Shown piece by piece: positions 52,768-64,000 of a stretch of DNA of 64,000 nt (positions are counted from its first letter, which is position 1; every line of letters begins with the position of its first letter). The stretch covers positions 372,001-436,000 of the forward strand of contig CT868185.1 in NCBI GenBank assembly GCA_000165425.1, read 5' to 3'. The DNA is from Paramecium tetraurelia. Taxonomy: Eukaryota. The notes under the pieces are model-generated. The model saw nothing but the letters and a program-made list of their open reading frames with translations. It ran no database searches and was not told where the DNA came from. The translations under genes were made by a program, and so were the position numbers.

Positions 52768-54233
52768 ATGAAACCTAAACCAAAAATTGAAACTAATAAT
52801 ACAATTGATTTATTATCAAGGACAACTCAAAATCTCAATTCTTATCAATAAGATCTCCTAAATACAGTTCGGAGCATCAATTCAAAGTCCAATTCCAACC
52901 CCAATATTTTTTGGAAAGAAGTTCTCAAACAAAAGTATACTCAAGACTCACCCCTGAAAAGGAGGCAATAGAAAAATATGGAAATAGCAACTGCATTGCA
53001 AAAGCAAAATCAGATTATCCTATCAAAATACTATAAACCTTAGAACAATCAATCGAAAAGTTAATAAACTTTGTTGTTAAATCAACTTGTCGCCAAAATA
53101 AATCCGAGTAATGAAATCAATATGTTCAAACAATCTTAACCATCCTCAATTGATCCTAGACCCCTTACATCCAAAATCAATTAAACAAACTCTGCTTAAA
53201 ACAGAAGATAAGAATCAATAGGATCCAAATATCAAAATGTTTATGATGGAATATATCAGAAACCAAAGAAAGTACACTCACATTAGATATCTCCGGTGCA
53301 CTCAAGGCAATTATCCTTATAGCAACCTTAATCAATAACAAATAGAGTATAAAAATATTTTGAAAGCATTAAATTTAATACAGAAGATGTCTAATTTTAG
53401 TACTACTTAGGAAAAATCAAGGCAGTTTTCACTCAGCCTTGTAAAGATGATTACTTTAGTTCTCTCTACAGAGACCATTTCTTTTAAACTTATTAAGGGA
53501 TTTATGCAGCATCTCATCTAAGACTAGCTGATCCAAATGATTTCAAAAGGAAAGCAGTCAAAATTAAGAGGAAAGAATAACATATAGGTATTAAGAATTT
53601 ATAGATTAGATAAAATCTCTGTGATCTTTGATTTGGATGAAACTTTAGTTCATTGCAATGAGTCAATATTGTAGAAATCTGATTTCCATTTGAATATCAA
53701 GGTGAGTCCCAATTTAATGGTTAAAGCTGGAGTCAACATACGGCCAGGAGCAATTGAATTATTGGAGTCTTTGGTAGAGCACTTTGAAATTATAGTATTC
53801 ACTGCTTCACATTAATGTTATGCTAAACAAGTATTGGATTATTTAGATCCTGAAAATAAGTTGATTTCACATAGATTTTTTAGAGATAGTTGCTGTTAAA
53901 CAACAGGAAGTATGTATACTAAAGATTTGAGAATATTTGACAGACCATTAAGTCAAATGGTTTTAGTTGATAATGCATCTTACAATTATGCTTGGTAATT
54001 GGATAATGGAATACCTATTGTTCCATTTTATGATAATAAAGATGACCGAGAACTTTGGGGGTTATAGACTTATTTAATGGGAATGCGAGGGGTTTCAGAT
54101 GTTAGAGAGTACAATAGGTAACAGTGGTTTCAACTTTATTTTTAGAAACAAATTGAAATTAAACCAATTCTATGATGCCTCTAGTGCTGCTGGTGTTTTT
54201 GAAAAGCTTTTTCAATAAAAAATGGAAATATGA
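52768..54233 (+). CDS. CTD small-phosphatase-like (NIF/FCP1 HAD family) protein
   Basis: VIFDLDETLVH, NIRPG, FEIIVFTAS, YAKQVLDYLDP, KDLRIFDRPL, LVDN, NGIPIVPF. Confidence 0.9.
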
Positions 54234-54267
54234 TTTTAGTACATTTCTTATTTAATTTTATAATCTA

Positions 54268-55150
54268 ATGCAATAAACAACCGATTATGATGAAATGCAG
54301 CATTATCTCAAGCTGGCTTAGGATGGGGACACTGAGGCTTAATTCAAAGTAGGTTTAATGTATGAGGATGGGAAGGGGGCACAGTAAAATATTCAAGAAT
54401 GCATTCAATGGTATTTTCAATATTATTTATCTCAGGTATCAATTGGCTGCCAACAAACATGCTTAAGCAGCACATAATTTGGCATCCATTTATTATTTAG
54501 GCAGAGTTGTTGCTCCTGATTATAAAATTGCATACAAATACTTTAGCAAGGCTGCTGAACTATAAAATGAATAAGGAATGTTCTAACTGGGCTTGATGCA
54601 TTTATTTGGATAAGGTGTAGAATAGGATTTTGAGAAGAGTAGAGGTTGGTTTGAAAAGGCTGCTAAATTAGTACTTATTCATTTTTAATCACTTTTCAAG
54701 GGATCAGTATCAGCGATGAACAACCTCGGCAACATTTATAGATCCGGCATTGGAACTCATATTCAAATTGAGGAGGCCAAGAAATATTATCGGATGGCAG
54801 CAGATAAGGGTGATTATTGTGCTATGACCAACTTGGCTACAGTCTTATTGTAAAGTAATCCAACTGAAGCTTTTGATTGGTACCTCCAGGCAGCCAAAGG
54901 TGGCTTTGAAAATGCTTAGTATAATCTGGCTGTGGTTTACGAAGAAGGAACTGGAACCAAATTGAATTTATAATAGGCACTATACTGGTATAAATAAGCA
55001 GCACAGGCTGGTAACATTGAAGCAAAAGAAGCAGTGACCCGTTTAAGTCCTATAGTTCAAAATTAACCATAAAATGACAAATAATAGTAAGGTTAAAATA
55101 CATAATAATCGTCTGCCAAAAAAGGTGGGTGTGGCTGTATTGTATTTTGA
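54268..55150 (+). CDS. Sel1-repeat protein with C-terminal CaaX motif
   Basis: AQFKVGLMYEDGKG, AMNNLGNIYRSGIG, AQYNLAVVYEEGTG; ends KKGGCGCIVF*. Confidence 0.88.
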
Positions 55151-55184
55151 TATTATAACTATTTATTATATATATAAATTAATA

Positions 55185-56990
55185 ATGGATAATGTTGAGG
55201 TGGAAGTCAAAACAAATTGAACTATTTGAGAAGTCTGCAGAGCTATCTTTCAGAATCATCAAGCTTTCCAATTGTTTAATCCTATGATACAGCATTTTAT
55301 TAAATTATCGAATAGTATAATTCAACCACCCAATAGGTCGACTGATTTCCATTATGAAAGATTGTGTGCTCTCAATTCCATATTGCAATTGCTACTAGCA
55401 AAAGAAACAGAAGTAGATTCAATTGAAATGACAAAACAAACAATAACTAAAATTTACTTGAGAGTTGCTGAAAATTGTTTTTCCAATAACAAAGACATCT
55501 CAGTTAATTGCATAATTTGTTTATCTGAAGTTTTATAAAGTTAATTACAGAATCCCAATAACCATACCTAAGTCAATTATGATACCCAACAAATTAAACA
55601 ATATTTATTGCTTAGAATCCAACTCCCATATGATAAAATCTGCAGCTATGAAGTTCTTTTTAGATCTAAAATGCTATTTCTACTAAGTTAAGTCTTGCTC
55701 GATTCTCCCAAATAGGTGCAGCAATAAAACACAGTTCAATATACCAAAATACACTAAATTATAAACTAAACGTCATGAATTTCAATAATAAAATTATCAA
55801 AGCTGGCTTGTATGATATTCTGTAATATAATTTGAGATAGACATTATAGTGCGAATTCCGAACTTCCTAAACAATGTAATATCTTAATGTAAATCATATG
55901 AATACTTTAATACGAGATTGTGTGCTAGTTTTTTTGATTGCATTGATAAATACATTAAGAAGGTCAATTATAAAAAAGAATTAAACCAGATATTGCTCGA
56001 AATTCTATAATTAGACATGAATTTGAATAAAAACATAGCTATATCCATACGAATCTTAGAGATTTCTTTCCTTATTTAAAACTAATTGACTCGCCTTTTA
56101 TTCCTCCTGTATTGCTTCAATATTTTAATCCAATAGAATTATTTACCAAAAAATTCTATTGCCATCTTAGGGCTATATGATTAGACTTGCTTCCTAACCA
56201 AAATAAAGGATGAATCTGAAGAGCTAATTTGTTGCCTAATTATTAAAGTTATCCATTAAGAAACTAATAAATCGATACATTTAGAAATTATGGAAATTTG
56301 CAAATGCTTTTATTAGGGATGGTTGCAACATTGAAGCCATTATTGTATATCTATTATTGATTGAAGAATGCATCAGCTTCATACCCTCTAAGGAAATTAT
56401 GATTTAATTAACAGAATGAACACTAATTAAATCAGCTTCAATCTGAAGGTTTAGACTCTCTTAATAATAAAAAGGAAATTCAATGAGAGTAGTCTAAATT
56501 GTAAATTAGATTTCATCAATATATTGGCAGAGTTTAGAACCTTCATGATATAACCTGTGTGAACTTAAATTTGTTAGCTTAATCTCTTACAAAATGTCTT
56601 TAAGATTGTTTATTATTTATCAATCAATTTTCAGAAAAAAAAACGATCATATCGCTGAACATTTGATTGAGTACAATCGAAACATTGTTAAATCGCTTAA
56701 ATACAAAGAATCCCTTCAACAGGATAAATTATAAATAAAAATTTGCAAAATCTAACAACCTATCAAATAGCTTACAATATATTTCAATAAAAGTAATTTA
56801 TATCTGAATAAACAATGCAATTACCTTAAAAAAAATTTATACTATTACATTTGAGTTCCAAACTAATTACTGGAGTAAGCTATTTTGTTTAAATCTATTG
56901 TTTTCATACATTAGATTTATAAAAGTCTTTTATTTGTTTAGGAATTAGAGTCATCAACGATTGCCCATTTAAATTAGATAATTTAGGAAT
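55185..56990 (+). pseudogene. Degraded HEAT/ARM-repeat gene, weakly resembling the TRRAP/Tra1 N-terminus
   Basis: ATG followed by two in-frame TGA codons within 15 codons, a helical open stretch at 55272-55660, then more stops and frameshifts. It ends at the inverted-repeat boundary. Confidence 0.45.
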
Positions 56991-57311
56991 TAATATAGTA
57001 CCGGATAGAAACTGATATATCTAAAATAATTATAAACTGATAGAGGAGTTTCCCTTATCTTAAGAAAAATAATAATTTTATGTTGTTAAGGTAATTCAAA
57101 AACTTTCTATGCATTATAGTTTTGACATAAAGACATTAAGAATGAATTTTTGCAATCATTTGCCATTAGAACTTAAAATTATAGAATCAGCATAAATCTT
57201 CATTTGATTACTTAGAATGTAATCAAATTCAACAGAAATCCTATTGGAGGTATTTATGATGTATATAATATAGATTATATAGTAGTTTGAATATTTTTAA
57301 TAATGTTTATA

Positions 57312-60300
57312 TCATTCTCTTGCTCCTTTTTATCTGAATAGCTAAATGATTGATTTACCATTTTAAGTGATTTTTGAATCTTTTACTATGCATTAATTGG
57401 CTAATAATAAGGATTATCTGGAAAACGATTTATAACAAATTAGTCTGTATTCTTTTTTAATATTTCCAGATAATTAATTTTATTATTCTTAATTTTCTTT
57501 GTTATGTTTTATATTTTAATCATTCTCAATTTATTCAACTGAATATAAATTTATAGATCCATCATAAATTGCAGCTGCAATATCAGTTCCATTTGGACTG
57601 AAAGTAAAATCCTAAATTTAGTCATTTTAATTATTTATTATCAAATTTGGATTATTGTTATCTATTTGGTCAGAATTTGCTAAATCCCATAAATAAAGTG
57701 ATCCAACTTCATTGCCAGCAATTAATAGATTTCCTAAGGGATTAATATCTAAAGAAATAAATTTATCTTCATATTGTATCTTCCGAATCAAAATTAATTT
57801 ATTTTCCTCTAGAATTTTAAATATTAAAATTTAATTAGTGTAAGAAATTGCAATTATTGAATTTATGGAAGCTCTTTTAATGACTTACCTTTCAAGTTAA
57901 CTTACTAATTCACTTTCTAATTAGCTCTCTATAATATTCAAAGTAGAAGTAAACAATATAGGACTCCCATTTATTAATGTAATTAAATTTTAGAAATCTG
58001 ATGAGTATTAAAGGCCAATTACAGTTTGATCGTTTAACTCTAATGTTTGTAGTTATTTAATCCTAATTAATTAATATGATTCTTATGCTTTGTAAACTAT
58101 AAATTTTCCATTTGATGAAATAACAGGATTTGTTTCACCAGTATATTTTATATCATAAACAGCTACTTATTAACATTATCCATCATTTAAAAGTTTCCAT
58201 ACCTTTATTTTTTTATCAAATCCACAAACAAAATATTCCTATGTTGAAGCAAATGAAATACTTAGGATAGGTTAATCGAAAGAAAGCGATGAAAGTAATT
58301 TAATATTATGCAATTCTTTAATATCTACAATATTGATTTCCTTTCGATTTGCTATTACCAATGTCTTTAAATCTATAAGCATAGCATCATTTCCAGACCA
58401 TTGTTCACTATTTAATATTTATTTTTCGTTTTTCCAGTCCCATATGATAAAACCTTAATAATTTAATTATACAATATAATTTCCATCTAAAGTTGATGAA
58501 AATTTTAATGGTTTCTATTGTTCATCTATTAAAATAATACTTTATCCAGGATTTAAAAAGCTGATCCTTCTGTGTCCATCCCAACCAACTCTATAACTTA
58601 AAAAGGATAAATGCTTAGGACAAAAATTATAATTATAACAATATTCCACCTACCAAATATTCTTTAATTTTAATTGAAAATCTTCTTAAACAGAAAAAAT
58701 ACAAATTGTTTCTTTTTAACAACAAACCAGTTCAGTATCATCATTTATAAATTATAAATTTTGAATTGATTGTTTTTGAAACAAATTAATTTCTGAAGTA
58801 ATTGATTTCTCATAATTCCATAACTAAATTGTATAATCACTAATAATCAAAGCTACTAAAATTTCATTTTAAGAAATGACTGCTATACCATTCAAATTTT
58901 GAATATCTTTTTAATACTGTTATTAACTATTGAGATTAACTAAGAAAAGTTGCATTTTATTTTTATAATAAATTATATAATTGCATGAATTAGAAATCTA
59001 TAAAATATCATCTGAATATGTAAATTCTAAATTAACAACAATTTCGTTTTATTTATTTTTTATGTTCCACTTTATAATAGTACATCTTCCTGATGCTGTG
59101 TATAGAATATTTGAATCATCCTTGCTAAATTAAAAAAGTGTAGGAGTTTCTTCAACTTCTAAAAATACATCTTCTAATTTTTAAGAAATATCAACAATAA
59201 TGATCTTATTTGAATATTATTCTAAAATAGCTAAAAATCCATCATCATTGGATATAATTGGCTGATTTGGATTGCTAAGATTCTCAATTTTAAATTTAAT
59301 TTCTCCAGAACAGCTATCTATCACTGTTATTTAATATTAATCCATTGCTATAAATAATTTTTAACTGTTTGATAGATAACTACTATTAAATTCAAATTTT
59401 AAATCAATAAAAGGCATCTACTTTTACATTTAATTAAGATTTGATATGATAATAGCATTAGCATTACTATTTATTGATACAAAGTAATATTGAAATTGAT
59501 AATAAATTATATCAACTTAAACAGTACCTGGTTCTAATTAAATTTGTGATTGCTTTTCCCAACTATCTTTTGTATATTACCAAATAATCATATTATTTTT
59601 ATTATCTATTGATAATAAATGTCCATCCAATGATCTAATTATTACAACTTCAGACTAATGTCCTTTAAGCTATTCACTTTAATCAGTTGATAAATTATGA
59701 ACCCTAATTAGATTATCATAACCTTAAAATATAACATCATCTTATAAACAAATAGGATTGATCCAATATTTTTAGATTTCCAATTTTTTATCATCTTTTT
59801 TATCTATTAAATTCAAACTCCAAACTTAAATTTTCGTCACTATTTTTTATTTACTATCTTTTTATTTGCCTCCATCATTTGAAATAGTAGCAAAACAACC
59901 TGATGGAGAAAAACGTAAGAAATCTGGAAATAAATATAGCTCATTTATTTTATAGAATAAAGTTGTCTCCTGTGGAAATTTAACATCCCACAAACATATG
60001 GATCCATCATAACTTCCTGATGCTAACCATTTAGAACAAAAAGAGAATTCTAAACAACTCACATATGCAGTATGTTCTTTTAACATAATAATAAAGTTTT
60101 TTTCTAATAAATCCCATAAAATAATTGAGCAATCCCCACTACATGAAGCAATAATAAGACCATCTTTTGAGAAGGCAACTTAGTTTACACATTGTTAATG
60201 TCCTTTTGAAACATTTGATTATTCACTTTATTCAATATTCCATAATTTAATTTATTAGTCATCACTTGCAGAGGCCAAACATTATCCATCAGGAGAAAAA

Positions 60301-63300
60301 GATAATTAATTAATCCACCCTCTATGACCTTCTAATACTGCTATTTTCTTTTTAGCATTCACATTCCATAAAAATATCTTTTCATCTTTACTACCAGATG
60401 CTAGTAATGATGTTGTGTATGAGTATCTGAGACTTATAACATTGTCATTGTGATCTCCTAGTGGTAGTGGTTTTTCATTTTAATTAACATTTATAAGATA
60501 TATCTTGTTATCACAACCAATACTAACAGTATTTAACTCGATTTATACTAAACAATTTATTTTCCCAGGAGCACTTAGATCAATATTTTACTTTTCATTA
60601 GGATCTAAACTATATGACTTAATCCATGAAGAATACCCACAAATTATTTATGAATTGTCAGAAGATATTACAAAAGAATAATTATTGTCACCCTTTTCAT
60701 TCGATTAACTTATACTTACTATTTATGATTATAACATCCAATTCAAATTCATTAATTTAAGTCTATTTGATTACTTAATAGATATAAAACCAAAAGAAGG
60801 TGTAACTGACACTTCATCTACATCAGATCCACACTCGAAAGAACAGAGAAGTTTTAGTTATTTATTTTCGTCAATCGAACTTACCATAGCCTAGTTACGC
60901 TTGTTATAGTAATGCAATAAATTGCCGCTCCTACAAATTTAGATTGGAACTATCTGACCAGAATTATTATCTGGATAATTTTTATCATTTTGAATGTCAT
61001 AAAATTTAAAGTTTTATGAGTAACTATATCTATCATATTTATAATTACAAGCTATTAACTATCCATCATAAGATATTGCAGATTCCTAAAATAATTCTTT
61101 AAAAACTTCAAATTTTGAAGATATTAGATCAAAGATACCTGAACCCTCCTTATTTCGTATAAATATTTTATTATTACTATCAAAAGAATTTACTTGAAGT
61201 ATTTTACTTTTTGGAAACATAAATTTAATTTTTTATTGGGTTTTTATTTCTCTAATTAAAAAATCAGAATTCGATATGTAACATATATAGTCATTGTTAC
61301 TTGTCCAAGAAAATTAATATAATTTTTAATTTGTATAAGTTTGAATCTCATATATATTTTAAGGGTTTTCTATATTGAATAATCTTATGGTATTTTCACA
61401 TTATAAAATTAGAACCTAATCGTTTTTGCCGAGTTTGAGAAATTAACATTCTTCGCAAATAGTGATATTAAAGATTTCCTCTTTCGAATAAATATTCTAC
61501 TTCCAAATATTTGATCCATTTGAAATTATGCAATGTAAGCCATCTTAAAAGAACTGTACATGATTATTATAACATTTGATACTAGATATTAATTTCTACT
61601 AATTCCAATCAAAAATTTCAATACCATGCGAATTTGTCGTAGCAAGGTATCCATTTGTTAAAAATTAGGCAAATTATTTTGAAGTAGGAATTATTCCCTT
61701 TAAATTACATTTTGATAAAGGAATTATTTTTATTTAATCCTTAGTAAGATAAATAAGATTTTAGTCATCATCAATTAACATTAATTAATTGATTTCCCTG
61801 TAAGGTTTAAAAGCATTAATCATTTCAATTTTATTGTCAAAATATTTCCAAACCCTAATGTAATTCCCACCAGTCACAAATAAATTACCATTTTTAGTAA
61901 AACTAATGCAATTATATGTTGAATCTGAAGGAAGTTAATAATTAATAATTGTCTCTCCTGATATGTAATTCCAAAACCTTAATTTTCGATTGTTTAAACA
62001 CACTAAAGATATTCCATCTGGGCAAAATTGAATTACGAGGGAGTAAGTATATTCATATTCAATTTCCAAAACTCTCTCTTCATTCTTGTTTATGTTCCAT
62101 AATATTATTTAATTCTTACTATATATTTGATTAATAGCTAAGGTATTATTATCCTAAGACACTAAAATAATATTCCTTTCCGGCTTATATTAATCAAGGA
62201 TCTTTATTCCCGATCCATTTATCTCATCTAAAATCCTTATTTTCTAATCATTAGTCTAAATAATTAATAATGAGCCATCAGGAGAATAAATGATGTATTC
62301 TATTTGAATGCCCTCATCTATGTCATTGAATTTCTCACACTCATAAGGAGCTTTGCTAATATTCCAAAAATATAAACTTCCGTCTTCAAATACTGTAGAT
62401 AGTATAGGCTTGCAAGGGGAAAATGCCATTGAACAAACACTATTTCTATTTTTAATTTAATTATCCATCAATTTTAGTTCTTTAAAATCATATAAAGATA
62501 TTTATTTGGAATACTTGTCTATCGAAGCCAATATTTAATAATTAGCTTAAAATGAAAAATATTTTATTGATGAATAGCAAAAATTGTTATATTCTTCTGA
62601 TTCTTGAAATTATTGGCCATCTTTATCATAAATAATAATTTCATCTTGACATTTTTCAAATATAAAATCCTGATAATAAAATGAATTTTGTTCGCTTTTA
62701 CTAAGAACTACTTCCTAGAAAGTATTTAAATCTAAAAATCTTTAATTATATTCTCCTATTATTAATCTCTATTCATTACTAGTAATATCAATTTAGGTAA
62801 TTTCTTAATCAAAATATATACTATTAATAATTGCTTCAGTATTAAGATCTAATATTAATAGTGTTTAATCTTAAACAATAACAGCAAAATTAGAATTAGG
62901 GAATAAGTAAACAGGATAGGAATACTATATATTAGCAAAATAGGCAGAATCATCATACTAAAATTCTCCATAGGCTAAATAGTTTTCTGATCCAATGACT
63001 ATTTCTCTTTCATTGGGTAAGGTTAAATATTAGATTTAATATTCTTTAAACGATAAAACTTAGCATTTACATTTATCTTTCAAATCCCATAATAATAGTA
63101 AATTTGTACATGCAGATACTAATCTATTTCCTGCCTTACTAAAAGCTAAGGCTGAAATCTTTCCAGTATGACCAACTAAGATCTTTTCATTCCTAGTTTT
63201 TACTTCAAATAATTTAATAGTAGAGTCTGCTAAGCCTAAAGCAATCAATTAATCATCTTATGTCGAAGTGTAAACCAAGATTTCTTATTGACACTAAAAT

Positions 63301-64000
63301 ATAATATCATTTGGTTTTTCTGTGATAAATTCAAAATTGCAAATTATCAAAATTCCTGAACTATCAACTGAAACTATTTTTTTTCCATCTAAAGTGAATT
63401 TGACTCCTGTGACTGGATGATCGTGATAATCTATTGTAGATATCAAAGACTTAATTTATGGATTCTAAATATCCCATAATTTTATAGTTTTATCTTTACT
63501 ACCAGAAGCTAGAGTTTTATTATCAGCTGAAAAAGCAACTGATAATATTTAATCTTGATGACCATCAAATTGTTATATTAATTTATAATCTTCCACATCC
63601 CAAAGACTTAATAGATTTCCTATTCCATTTGATGCAATTAATTTGCCATTTGAAGAAAATTCAACTAGTCTAACTGGTTCATCTTCTTTTAAAAATGGTT
63701 TTTCTTTACATCTAACATCTTTCCATTCAACATCTGTTAAATTAGCATAATTAAAATTACAAGAATTAATATTAATATTGGTAAATTTAGATTTACTTAG
63801 ATCTGCATTACAAAAACTTAAACCTGAGATGTTAGTATCAATTAACTAAATTTCTGAAAAATTTTCATATCCTAAATAAACATCCAATTAAGATAATAAG
63901 AAAATACTATTTGAAGCAGCATAAATATATTAATTATTTTTTGATAATTTAACAATATTAATAAGAACTCTTTTTATATTATCTAGACTACTTATTTTAT
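57312..64000 (-). CDS. Inverted paralogue of the NACHT-pentapeptide-WD40 gene, 3' part (pentapeptide plus WD40); 5' end beyond the window
   Basis: Reverse complement matches 44078-50800 and ends LFRQKGARE*. It is in frame at the two sites where the + copy is shifted. Confidence 0.88.

Noticed and set aside
55185..55240. In-frame TGA codons as selenocysteine
   Set aside because: There is no redox motif or recognisable SECIS, and further stops and frameshifts downstream indicate decay.

Overview
AT-rich, gene-dense DNA that looks like the macronuclear (somatic) genome of Paramecium, probably the aurelia complex. Genes only read through if TAA/TAG encode Gln and TGA is the sole stop. Introns are about 20-30 nt GT-AG and intergenic gaps are tiny. 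The supplied standard-code ORF track is therefore mostly fragments or antisense shadows, so I translated genes by hand in the ciliate code. Positions 1-35.4 kb hold housekeeping genes: cytochrome c1, a triad-less HtrA/PDZ protein, a twin-CX9C protein, a tesmin/CXC protein, NAP1, PP4R1, a divergent beta-like tubulin, CK1, RRP1, tRNA-Thr(UGU), a classical PTP, ThrRS, a P450, DDX55, RRP15, a DUSP, U2 snRNA, DAP3, an HTH protein, a C2 protein and LRRC51. Positions 35.4-64 kb are an accessory region. It contains pseudogene debris, a 12.3 kb NACHT-pentapeptide-WD40 (NLR-like) gene with three frameshifts, and an inverted paralogue. A ~6 kb spacer between the two carries Rab2, a CTD-type phosphatase, a Sel1/CaaX protein and a degraded HEAT gene. 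The most notable observations are the diversifying NLR-like pair with an N-terminal LRGG-GCG motif, two ATGA stop/start overlaps, a TA-bounded IES-like insertion, and an unexplained structured GC-richer segment beside the tRNA. Coordinates were counted by eye and may be off by a few nt.
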